This document shows positions 53,245-64,000 of a DNA stretch of 64,000 bases, piece by piece (position 1 is the stretch's first letter; each line of letters starts with the position of its first letter). A model generated the notes under the pieces. That model was not told the origin of the DNA, made no database searches, and worked only from the letters and a program-made list of their open reading frames with translations. The stretch is from Octopus vulgaris. Lineage: Eukaryota. Made by a program: the position numbers and the translations under genes. Location of the stretch: NCBI GenBank assembly GCA_951406725.2, contig OX597814.1, forward strand, positions 155,496,001-155,560,000. The letters run 5' to 3'.

Positions 53245-55458
53245 GTGATCACGTTCGACATGCACACAACTTTTTCTACGCCCACGAATACTTCGCTGCC
53301 ACGTAGAGTCTTCTCTGCAATCAATCTTGTAATTCTAACCGAGGCTCCTGCGCTTCTGGACTGGCGATCCCTGATGACGATGTCCTCAGTTGATGAACTA
53401 TGGTCGTCCCTCAAAGCATACGTACTCTGGTTGACTGACCAAGCAGTTCCCGTTGGGCTTCCCAAGAAGAAGAAACACAAGCCCTGGGTGACGAAGAAGG
53501 TTAAACGAGAACTTCGACTCAGAGATATTGCTTGGGCTGAATTAAAAGAAATCTAGATTCGACTGCAGCTTTTGAGGAGTACAAAACTCAACGAGACCGA
53601 ACCGTGAAAATTGAACAGGAAGAACGCTTCAGATATGAATACAGAATCGCGGCAAACGCCAGTAGCTATCCAAAACCTTCTTTGCCCATGTCCAACGGAA
53701 TTCCTGCTTGAACAACCAAATTGCAACGTTGGTAGACTCAACAGGCATATCGATTGAGGACCCGAGTCAGTTATTTGCCGAGGCTTTTTCAACAATTTTC
53801 AAACATGATGATGGCCGCGAACCCTTTCCATTTGATAGATCGGTACCTCCAATGCCTAGATTGTTCATCACTCGGTACGAAGTCGAACGCATTATTCAAG
53901 GCCTCGATGTCAACAAGGGCCACGGCCCTGACGGCATACACCCACAGGTTATCAAAGCGTTGGCTCCGGTCATCTGGGAACCTTTAACACTTCTATTCAA
54001 TATGTCATTGGCGACGAGTATTATACCTGCGGACTGGAGAACAGCGATAATCTGCCCGATTTTCAAGAAAGAGAGCCGCGAAGACCCGCTTAACTACCGA
54101 CCGGTTTCCCTTACTTCAATAATCAGCAAGATGTTCGAAACGATCCTTAAGAAAAATATGTTGCTCCACCTCCAAAACACAGCCTCTATCTCTGATTCTC
54201 AACACGGCTTGGTGCCGAAGAGATCATGCTTGACCAACTTACTGGTAATGGAAGAATTGGTGACGCGTATCCTGGATGATGGTGATGCTGTTGACATCGT
54301 TTTATTGGACTTTGCCAAAGCTTTTGACTCGGTTAACCACCGCCTATTTCTTGTCAAGCTTCAAGCATATAGTTTCCATCCGGATATTGTACGATGGGTT
54401 GGTGCCTTCCTCTCAGATCTCTCCTTCAAAGTCCAAGTTAATGGTTCGCTGTCCGACGTCTCCAGTGTGAGCAGTGGCGTGCCTCAAGGTTCAGTGCTTG
54501 GGCCCTTATTGTTTTTAGTCTTCATAAATGACTTACCCGACGACCTCACGCAACACACCCTTCTATTTGCCGATGATGTCAAACTGGTCGCTCCTCGCGG
54601 TGATATAGATGATCTTCGTCGATGCCTCCACCAAGTTTGGAGATGGTCTAACGAATGGGACCTGTGTCTGAACGTGTCAAAGTGCTATCATCTGCCTGTT
54701 GGCTCCTCTCCCACAACTCAACTTGATTTCGAGTCGGGTCGTCTGCTGCTGGAGAGGACCGATCAGGTAAAGGACCTGGGTATCTTGGTGGATTCTTCCT
54801 CTTCGCCTTCGGCCCAGTGCGTCCATGCTGCCAACAAAGCACGCGGAGTTCTGTTTTTGATTCGACGGTCATTCGGAATGTTCACAGCAGCCATATTCCT
54901 ACCGCTCTATGTCACGCTGGTGAGACCCATATTGGAGTACGGGATTCAAGCCTCTTCTCCTTATCTCCTCAAAGACATACATCATCTCGAAAGAGTCCAG
55001 AAGCTGACTACCCGCATGGTTCTTGATCTCAAGCATTTGTCTTATGAAGAAAGGCTGAAGACGCTCGACCTTTATTTTCTAGAAAAACGACGACGCCGTG
55101 GTGATCTCATTCTCTCTCACAACATCATAAGCGAAAAGTGTAACCTCTCGAAAAAGCTGTTCTTCACTCCTGCTCCAGAGCGTCGGCTGCGGGGTCACCC
55201 CGAAAAGCTCTATCTGCGACGATTTCACCTCAATCGAAGGAGAGGGGCTTTCTCCGTCCGGGTTGCGGATCCGTGGAATAAGCTGCAGGACGAGATAGTG
55301 AAGATGCCGACGACCACTCGGTTCAAAGTCTCTCTTGACCAGAAATGGCCTGAACTCTTTGCATGAACATGTACATAACTTGTACATAACTCCATGTCCC
55401 CCTACATGGCCTTGCATTTTGCTTTTTGAGCCAAAAAATTAACTTAACTCAACTTAAC
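53245..55458 (+). mobile_element. CR1-type LINE, 5'-truncated, young copy
   Basis: GC-richer island; linker region (DWRSLM...ELWSSLK...KPWVTKKVK), RT ORF, 3' UTR stem-loop ccatgt-cccct-acatgg-like and (aactt)n-like tail. Confidence 0.92.
53708..55366 (+). CDS. Non-LTR retrotransposon ORF2, reverse transcriptase part (552 aa open frame; endonuclease missing)
   Basis: KGHGPDGIHP, NYRPVSLTS, LDFAKAFDSVNH, SGVPQGSVLGPLLF, LFADDVK, VKDLGILVD, LVRPILEYG, SYEERLKTL, RRRRGDLI, RLRGHP; joined to upstream ORF2 sequence only through frameshifts. Confidence 0.9.
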   Translation: MNNQIATLVDSTGISIEDPSQLFAEAFSTIFKHDDGREPFPFDRSVPPMPRLFITRYEVERIIQGLDVNKGHGPDGIHPQVIKALAPVIWEPLTLLFNMSLATSIIPADWRTAIICPIFKKESREDPLNYRPVSLTSIISKMFETILKKNMLLHLQNTASISDSQHGLVPKRSCLTNLLVMEELVTRILDDGDAVDIVLLDFAKAFDSVNHRLFLVKLQAYSFHPDIVRWVGAFLSDLSFKVQVNGSLSDVSSVSSGVPQGSVLGPLLFLVFINDLPDDLTQHTLLFADDVKLVAPRGDIDDLRRCLHQVWRWSNEWDLCLNVSKCYHLPVGSSPTTQLDFESGRLLLERTDQVKDLGILVDSSSSPSAQCVHAANKARGVLFLIRRSFGMFTAAIFLPLYVTLVRPILEYGIQASSPYLLKDIHHLERVQKLTTRMVLDLKHLSYEERLKTLDLYFLEKRRRRGDLILSHNIISEKCNLSKKLFFTPAPERRLRGHPEKLYLRRFHLNRRRGAFSVRVADPWNKLQDEIVKMPTTTRFKVSLDQKWPELFA

Positions 55459-55829
55459 GTTTTCTTTGTCGTTTCTAAGTCATTTACAAACTTTAAAATG
55501 CTTGATATTGAATATCCAAATAACAGTCTTCATTCATTTTCATAATACAAAAATCCTATCCAATTGTTATCGATTGTTTTTCAGTAATCACTAAAAAGCA
55601 CATTATTTTAAAACTTAAAAAGAAAAACAAAATAAAAAAAACCAGAAACAGTTAATCGCTAAAAATCCCTTACCTAGTCATAAATATATGACTAATGCTA
55701 ATGCAAGCAACTGAAATTTCAAACTAATAAAAAAAAACGTCACGTTGGACTATTGGTATGAGGTTTACCAAAGTTCATCAGAAGAGTCCACATGTATATC
55801 CTGACTGTCACTCTAACGTCTACATTGCA

Positions 55830-55950
55830 ACAAAAATGGTTAAGTCGAATGAAGAGAAAGTTCTGGAACTAATACGTGCTTATGTGCTTTTTGAAGATCT
55901 AATGCCGAGAAACTTGAGAAATTTGCTCTGCACATTGTGAAGAAATGGGA
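55830..55950 (-). pseudogene. Tiny Gypsy-like RT remnant
   Basis: Minus strand MCRANFSSFSALDLQKAHKHVLVPELSLHST resembles FSKLDLxxAYHQV; single motif. Confidence 0.35.
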
Positions 55951-55963
55951 AGCAAACCTGTAA

Positions 55964-56054
55964 CTACTACTACTACTGCTGTTGCTGCTGCTGCTGCTGC
56001 TGCAACTACTACTGCTGCAGCTGCAACTACTACTACTACTACTACTACTACTAC
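55964..56054. repeat. (TAC)n/(TGC)n compound trinucleotide repeat
   Basis: Directly visible. Confidence 0.95.
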
Positions 56055-56649
56055 ATTTGGTGTGATTGTTGATGTCATTACTAATTTTTGCTGATACTGC
56101 TGCTGATGACGATTTAGTAAAAATGATATCGCTTCAGCGATTCCAGACATATTTGGATCAACGTAACACGAGGCAAAATTTCAAAACATTCCGAGGTAAA
56201 CAGAAAAAGAATAATCTTAAATCCCACAACACCTTTATAACTGCACATACATGAAAATTGCTTTTTTTCACGTATTTAAATTTAACTCCATCATCCGCTA
56301 AATAGCAAAAACAAAGTGCGACAAAATCAGTAAAAAACTTAGAAAAGGGAGATATCATGCGATTAGCATAGTATCTACGTTCCATTTACTCATTTCAAAC
56401 ATTCTCAAAACCATGAGGATGCAACCCGTGTGTAACTGAAACAAAAGATGCTAAATTATACAAACTTTTTGACAAAAATTCTAGCTACACTGGGTACCAC
56501 AATATTAGTGATATTAGTGTTTTCTTTTTAATTTATCAATTTTTTTTCCAGTGTTCGAGAATTCTGTCGCGGATGTGTGGTTAAGAAGCTCGTTTATCAA
56601 TACGTCAGAACATATAGATCAAATAAGGTGGCGAGCTAGAAAAAACAGT

Positions 56650-57300
56650 AGAACCTTTGCTTTCTTTCCGTAGCTCCGCTTACTTGGTGCCAGTCACCCC
56701 CAGCTTTCTCTCCACAAACTTCCATCTTCTTCTGAATCTCTCACGTGACAGGTACCTCCTTTCCAGCCTGATCTTACTGCTAAAGTGGTAACTAAAAAAG
56801 TTAACTAACCCCTGGCCAGATATAAAGGTACCCGTTACAATCCCTTTCAACTGCGTCTTTCATACTCTTTCTTTTTATATGGCCACCCGCTAAGGAAGGG
56901 AGGCGACACAATCTCCGTGATCTCCTATCGATGACAACAATTGTTCTGTAAAAACTATCAGTCCCGATAATTTCAGACATTCCACGAATGCGTGCAAGAC
57001 GGTTTCCCTATCCTGCTCGCACCTTGAACATATCGATGAGACGGCCCTTCCGTGCCTTGACAGTTTATTACGAACTGGTAACGCCGCTCAGAAGCACTGC
57101 CAGACCAGGGGTTTCTGGAAATTATCCAGATACGCTGGCCCGAACGTTCTTCTGAACGGGTTGATCAACTGACTTTCACCTTATCCCGCTATAGAAATCC
57201 GCAGTCGAACTCTTGTTGCTGACATTGCCCATCCGAGAGAGTAGCTGAAGTGCTTTACGGCACTCCAGTTGCTAGTCCCCCAGTCTAGGTCTCTGCTTGA
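56650..57300 (-). mobile_element. Tx1/L1-clade LINE, 3' end of ORF2
   Basis: Minus strand: FRRTFGPAYLDNFQKPLVWQCF*AALPVRNKLSRHG, CCHC knuckle CSRCEQDRETVLHAFVEC, then SKIRLERRYLSRERFRRRW. Confidence 0.8.
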
Positions 57301-57493
57301 TCCATGTGGTAAGCAAGCTACTTACCACATAGCCACTCCTACGCATATAGGCTTATGTCTGCTTTTAAAAATGTGCACGCGCACTGCTTATGTTTCTTTG
57401 AGATATTTAGAAATTTATTATATCTATATTTTGTGATAAGTGAATTTACTTCACTGAAGTTATATATGTTTACAAAGTCTAGATAGGTATCTT

Positions 57494-57569
57494 CAGCTAG
57501 CAGGCCATGCTACTCCAGACTGATGACGAGCAAGATTCAGAAACATGTCTCTGGATGCAGGCTTAGCTG
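57494..57569 (+). ncRNA. Minimal type I hammerhead ribozyme motif
   Basis: tccaga CUGAUGA c GAG caaga UUC a GAAA CAUG UC tctgga (57514-57555): perfect 6-bp stem I, palindromic ACAUGU stem III, GUC site; stem I extends via tgc/gca, gcc/ggc, cagcta/tagctg. Confidence 0.75.
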
Positions 57570-57956
57570 GATGGGGGTGCTTGTCTCCCCTTTGTAAACA
57601 GAAGGACACAGGAAATGTGTCAAGGCCGACGGGAAGCGTTGATGCTTCCTAGGGCTAAATAGAGGTGGTGTGGTTCCCTTTATGGGACTGTCACGTTAAG
57701 TTGACAGTATATAACTGTTCTTTGACGTAAGAGCTATAAATTTATTTGTTTTGGTAATAAACATAAAATTCGGTCAGTTTATTTTTTAAATTTGCGCAAT
57801 TTCATTGAAACACCCTGTACGGTGTAGCGTTGTTAGTTGTTGCGTTGCTCGAGTAAATAATAATATCAAAGGTCTTCTCGCCGTAAACGCTCCATCTTTT
57901 CGTTAAGTATATTGTATCAAGGACTATATTATCCAAAATGTATCTCTCCTTTATAG

Positions 57957-58074
57957 GCGTGTCTGTGTGGTTGAGAAGTCTGCTTTCCAACCATGTCGCC
58001 TTGGGTTCAGTCCCACTGTGCGGGATGCTGGGTAATTCTTTATCATTAGAGTTCTGTGCCGGCCAAAGCCTTGT
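57957..58074 (+). mobile_element. SINE family B, 5' part
   Basis: ggcgtgtctgtgtggttgagaagt...gggttcagtcccactg...caaagccttgtg. Confidence 0.7.
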
Positions 58075-58242
58075 GTATTATGTAATTGCCATTATTGTAT
58101 TAACATATAAAATAACACATACAACACACTTATTATTATCATATACAAACAGAAGTTCGAGTATGAAGTTGATCTTTATTTTCTTCAATTATTACCTATT
58201 TTTTCTTATAAAATACACACATACAGGAGGAGTAATTCTCTC

Positions 58243-58325
<83 letters not shown>

Positions 58326-59026
58326 CACTTTGAATGAGGTTCCCGAGAAAGAGTAAAAGTATTTACCTGATCAACGACAGGTATTATTGCTTTGTATATA
58401 TAGAGCCAGTCACGCACACACATTTAAAGGTAGATTTATAAACACAATCGTGTATACTCACGTACGCATGCGCTGATGGATACTAATATAAATATAAATA
58501 CAAATGGTTTGGAAATTTCGATAAAATGTTTGATAAGCAAAAACACGGATCTTCCATATTCAGTACTGACGTCATCAAAGATATGGCCAACAACTAGCTA
58601 GGAAAATCTGATTGTCGATTTCTCGTCAGCAAAAACATTAGCATACTGAAATATATTTGCCGACGTCAGAAGCGTACAAACCAATGAATATTGTCCATTT
58701 TTGATATAAATATAACCTAAAATGCCCAGGCGAATCATACGCTCCCCACCACGCGCACATGCTTACACACGCACACACACACACACACACATGCACACAA
58801 AAAAACAAAAAAAAAAACAAAAAAAAAACGAAAAGCAGCAATGCATAACCTCAATAACAAGCTTAATTTAACACTGTTTGATCAAATATGAAGAACTGTT
58901 ACGCACTTTAGTTTAGTCCAGATAAAAAAAAAAACACTTTAGCAACACTTTCCATATTTCTCTACTTTTGAAAAATCTTGAAAATTAAGCGACCGTTAAT
59001 AATTTAGTTAAATTGCCTTTTCAACT

Positions 59027-59096
<70 letters not shown>

Positions 59097-59179
59097 CACA
59101 CACACACGTACACAAATATATATTTATATAATTTACATACATGCATTTATAATTGTGTGAAGATAAATATATGTGAATA

Positions 59180-59420
59180 CAGGGTGGCACAAAAAGGTAG
59201 GTTTACAGTTATCACGTAGGCACTTTAAATTTCTTTTAAAACATTTATAACATTTAAATTTCTATCTTACAAACTAAAAAGGGAACTTGAGAAAATTACC
59301 TACATTAGCATTGTATAATGGTTTCATATTATTTTTATAATCAAGATGTAAATTGTTAATATATGAATGCGAAGGAGATAGTTGAATAACTGTAAACCTA
59401 TTTCTGCCCCCCCCCCCCTG
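59180..59420. mobile_element. Tc1/mariner-type MITE, 241 bp
   Basis: Left TAcagggtggcacaaaaaggtaggtttacagttat; reverse complement of right end TAcagggg...gcagaaataggtttacagttat; TA flanks. Confidence 0.82.
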
Positions 59421-59479
59421 TATGTATACATTGTGAAGATGCAATGCCCTGTGCATAGGGTGTTTCCCTAGTGAGATCC

Positions 59480-59728
59480 TCGTTTCACTCTTACACTGGG
59501 TAGTGCGTTGTATTCTTGAGCAAGACACTTAATCTCACATTAGTCTGCGATCATTTTGACCTCTGACGTGTGGTACACCATGCACCAGTTCAGGCAACGT
59601 TGCTTTGATGGATGGTTTGAGCTAATGTACAGCACATACATTTGATCGCTATAAACAAATCATTTGTGCAGGTTGTTCGGCAAAATGCTGATTACTCATA
59701 CGCCATCTTCGTTGGGAGAGTCTACCAT
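59480..59728 (+). mobile_element. SINE-like repeat, family E
   Basis: gcgttgtattcttgagcaagacactt post-tRNA-head motif typical of SINEs; one copy only. Confidence 0.45.
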
Positions 59729-59891
59729 ATATACACATATATATATATACACATATATATGTATGTATACACATATATACGTATGTATATACATATATAT
59801 GTATATACATATATATATATGTATGTATATGCATATATATATTTGTATATACATACCTACCTACCTACATACTTACATACAAACATACATA

Positions 59892-59958
<67 letters not shown>

Positions 59959-60060
59959 TAATATCAGAGTAATAAAGATTTTAGAAATTTTTACTACCAG
60001 TGGCCTAGCGTATAGAAAAATTAGTCAATAGACTATATATTATATATATATTTTTCATAT

Positions 60061-60250
60061 AAAATACAGTGTACATTTAAACACATTAAGAGGTTTCCAT
60101 CACAGGAATCATTTACGCTAGAAAGAACAGCTAAACAGCTTGAGATTTTGTTTATAGGAATCTGCAAACAGTGGTTTGGACTTTAGCTGTTCTTTCTAGC
60201 GTAAGCGATTCCTATGATAGAGACCTCTTAATGTGTTTAAATGTACACTG

Positions 60251-60256
<6 letters not shown>
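60061..60256. repeat. Inverted repeat, 75-bp arms and 46-bp spacer
   Basis: aaaatacagtgtacatttaaacacattaagagg...tacgctagaaagaacagctaaa pairs with tttagctgttctttctagcgta...cctcttaatgtgtttaaatgtacactgtatttt. Confidence 0.92.
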
Positions 60257-60324
<68 letters not shown>

Positions 60325-62429
60325 TATGCAATTCATATGGTAAAACTTTTAGTTGTATTCGTGGAGCAATACGCCAATACTTTGATATATTTAACTTCAG
60401 TCTGTTACAATCAATTGTCTACGATAATACAGGCTAAGAAAAGAATAGAATTCAAAGTTAACTCATATATAACCAAAGATAAAGAGATTGAATGAATTTC
60501 TATTTATTTCAGTTGTTATGTAGATAAAATCTTAGAAAATCTTAGCGCAGGAAAAGTTCGAATAGGTTTGAAAATACAATAACGTACCCCTTTATTCTGA
60601 ATACGTTCTGGTGGATTCCAACCTAGATATCTGAGGGCTGTTGTTATGTTCATATCATCCCATAATGTTATGTCATTCATAAAATACAAAATTCAGTGAT
60701 GTAAGGGGACTTGAAGTTATTCAGTATTTTAATCTCGTTGAGATTCCAGTGAAACTACCTCGACCCAATGAAATTCACTAGAGCTTGAGATTCTGTTTAC
60801 AGGAATCTGCAAACAAACTATTTGCTGATACACTCAGAACAGTGATGATGCAAAGTGATATATATATTTGTTTTTAATACGTTCTGGTAAATTCGAATGT
60901 GAATATATCATTGCTGTTGTTATTTCCAATCAGAACGTATTAAGAACCTATAGATACGTTATTGCTTAGATTATTACTGTTCAGTGTGCACTTCATGTAA
61001 ATACAAACATGTCGAAATGGAGTGTATGGCGGCACAAAGTTTATCGATAATAATCTGGCTTGTTAAAAAAGAAATGAACAACACAAAGTGAAACTGGTAC
61101 ACACAATTTGCTCATTCCAGCCTTTTTTTAGTCGCTTTGACTCTATAGACTTAGTGATAAAATCTCGCTCGGAATACACACTACAGATTTAAACGCACGT
61201 ATGCAGTAGATAAAGCATGCATAGGAGCACACGTACCAAAACATACTTGATTGCTACGATAGGTCTGATCATGATTATAGAACACAGGAGAAATAAAATA
61301 AGGTAACGCAAAATATTATTCTGTGAAAAAATGTATAAGATGTAGTATGTCATATCCCATTCTGTTAAAGAACAATGGAATTAATGAATATATAAATATT
61401 GGAGCATCAACAATGTCAAAAAATTAATTCAAAATTTACTTATTAAAATAATTCTAATTCTTTTGGGTTTTTTTTATTTGTGAATGTTTAAATTCCAGTT
61501 CTTCAAAACAATACTCGCTTGATGTCTTTGTCAAATCGAGGTTAATTCCTTGCTTGTCGGTGATGACGGATATATCCGGTGCTAAATTGCAGTGAAATAT
61601 GTAAAGAGTAGTTGACAAGTTTTCAATATTCATAGCTTCATGGTCATTTGCATCTACATCAAGTTAAAGAAAATCAAAACCGTCTACGCTGTATGATGAT
61701 AGACACACAAATTGAAAATATTGCATGACAAAACAGTCTTAGCACATAAGGGAATATCGAATAAGCAAATCAACTGTCAAACAAAGCTTAGCGTCTCAAA
61801 ATATACATAAAAATTTAATTATAAAACATCAAGTCATCAAAAAAAAAAAAAACCTGTAAGAGAATTATACTCTATAGTTTGACAAATATGATGAAAGTGT
61901 AGGCTAAAGGATTTGCCATTTTAGTTTTTCAATTAGATATTTTTCCAGGTCCAGCTCGATTTTATTCATCTGAAATAGGTAAGATTGGCACCAGGGAAAA
62001 AAAGTGATTGATTCAAATTTTAATTCGCTTACTGAAAAGTTTCGGCCTTTTGTATAGATAAACAATGATAATTTGATGTCTAACTCGGTGGAATATCGGG
62101 ATAAACTGACTTGTGATAGTAATTATATTTTGAAAATAATTCTCACGGATGTTGATTTTCAATGTTATTCTTCAAAGAACGTTAGAGTAACTAGTTTTCA
62201 AATATTCGACTCAATGTCAATAATTCTCCTGCCCCACAATTATGTACCCCTGTGATTATCATATACGCTTATAGTTTTTACCTCCTCATTCAATTTTATG
62301 TAGACCCCACCCACATAAATTGTAGCCTACCTTTGTAATGGCCATTTCCTCCGATGCTACTTGGTAATCAAGAACTAACAAAAGAAAACCAGCATTATCA
62401 TCACCAACTTCAAAAACAATACTTGTTTC

Positions 62430-63200
62430 TAATTTTAGTACAAAAACAACAATTTCGAGGGAAGGGGCTTAATCGATTAAATCGACCCTGGAAAGATGAA
62501 AGGCAAAGTTGATTACGGAAGTATTTGAACTCAGATTCTAAAAAACCATGACCTATATCACAAAACTGTTTCTGATCGTGCCAGCTAGCCAATAACAATA
62601 ATAGTTCTCTCCAATTTTGGCACAAGGGAAGGTTGCCAGTCAATTGCATTGACCGTACAACTGGGATTATATTTCATCGATTACAGATTTAGAACTCAGA
62701 ATAAAACGCCGAAATACCGCGAAACATTTTGCTCAGCGCGCGAACGATCTGCCAATTCGTAACCTTTTTTAAATGTTGGCACAAAGCCAGTAATTTTACA
62801 GAGAAATAGTTAAGAGACGCTATCTACGCTACTGCTTTAATCCTATTTTATTTTATCGATCTCAAAAGAATGAAGGTTAACGTTAGTGTGATTAAAACTC
62901 CTTTCGAATATATAGGCATACGGCCTCAAATTTTGGTGGAGGGGCAAGTCGATTTTAAGACCCTAGTGATCAGCTTGTACTTATTGTAAGATAAAATCTA
63001 ACTTGGTGGAGCAAAAAGGCGAACTAAATGACTCAAAGCATTTTATCCAGCATGCTTATCATTCTGCTAGCTCGTCGCAATGATTTCAAATTTTTCCAAA
63101 AGAGCAGCCCTTTTGGGGAGGGCATGAATCAATTACATCGATTGCAATGTCTCAGTGGTACTTAATGCATCGACCCCGAAAGGATTAAAGGCAAAGTCAC
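62430..63200 (-). mobile_element. Cluster of four to five decayed family A SINE copies, all minus strand
   Basis: Repeated aaatttt/aattttggcacaag, atcga.cccgaaagga, aaaggcaaagt and ctgccagctcg-like blocks. Confidence 0.7.
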
Positions 63201-63359
63201 CTCCCCACGTGTGATCGGTCCCTCGCAAGCCTCCGCTGAGATGCATCTGAAAAGCACCGTTCTTCTCTCCACAGCTTCAATTGCCTCTGATGGGATTGTC
63301 ATATTTGCCCAATTATCTCTTGTTTAATTAGTCTCCATGTCTTTAGGAGCATTTGCTCC

Positions 63360-63779
63360 CTATCTGTGATATCGGTGATTGGTCTTGTCTGCTGCTGCTG
63401 CAAAACTATTTTTGATATTTTTATTTATGTTATTTTCGTTGTTGTTTTTGCCGTTCTTATCGATGTTGTTGGTATTGGTTTTGTTGTTGCTGTTGTCACT
63501 TTTGCTCTCGTTGGTGTTGTTGTTGTTGCTATCGCTACTGCCACTGCTGTTGCTTTCTTTTTGGTGTTTGTTGTTGCTCTCACTGTTACTGTTCGTTGTA
63601 CTTTGTACCATGACAGTCTTGTTCTTCTCCTCCTCCCCTTCCCTTGTATTGTTGCTCGTGACAGAGGGAAGGGGAGGAAAGTCTTCATTTATTACCATAT
63701 TGGTAGGAGAGTTTGTTTTGTTTTTCCTGAACTCTTTCAAGACGCGCTCCGCTATCTTGTTGAGTTGTATTGATTCCAT
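63360..63779 (-). pseudogene. Probable 5' end (ORF1 N-terminus) of a non-LTR retrotransposon
   Basis: 139-aa N/S/K-rich ORF with EDFPPLP and SFAAAA motifs often seen at the start of LINE ORF1/gag proteins; related sequence continues to about 63200 where it abuts a SINE. Confidence 0.45.
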
Positions 63780-64000
63780 TAAATTTTAACGCCCACCGAA
63801 TGTAGTTGGTGGGTCGAAAATCGCCCCTCTGGAGGCTATACAACCATAAAAAACCAGTAATAGGTTCCTGGTGTTTCTATTCACAATTTAAGATAAATTA
63901 ATTATTAACAACGGACACTAATCCTGGTGTAAATAAATATTTGGACTGGAGTTACTTGTAGCGTTCGAAAACACGTCCGATGTGTTTTGCAGCAAATATT

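Noticed and set aside
54648-55417. Antisense and alternative-frame ORFs over the CR1 element
   Set aside because: Shadow frames of a GC-richer coding sequence.
61480-61700. Minus-strand KQGINLDLTKT resembling an RT motif
   Set aside because: Too degenerate to call.

Overview
AT-rich eukaryotic (animal) non-coding DNA with no intact host gene, rRNA, true tRNA or CRISPR array that I can support. Dense (TA)n/(CA)n/(TACA)n microsatellites and the SINE families present suggest an octopus/cephalopod genome (inference from remembered repeat sequences, not verified by search). Most six-frame ORFs are translated microsatellites. The real content is a transposon graveyard: a hAT fossil (about 9.4-12.85 kb), a full-length frameshifted mariner with intact TIRs (31.35-32.62 kb), other Tc1/mariner fragments and MITEs, two Helitron relics (24.4-25.5 kb and 47.1-48.5 kb), a Penelope-like element with RT and GIY-YIG (39.7-41.5 kb), a young 5'-truncated CR1-type LINE with a 552-aa open RT frame (53.2-55.5 kb), RTE/BovB-like, Tx1/L1-like and R4/Dong-like LINE fragments, and several tRNA-derived SINE families. 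The most interesting signal is a set of hammerhead ribozyme motifs invisible to the ORF track: a well-formed type I hammerhead on the minus strand at about 22.65-22.73 kb inside a 175-bp directly repeated unit (retrozyme-like), a minimal type I hammerhead with palindromic stem III at about 57.5 kb, and degenerate relatives near 35.96 and 36.3 kb. Several long palindromes and local duplications are also noted. Boundaries of degenerate elements are approximate.
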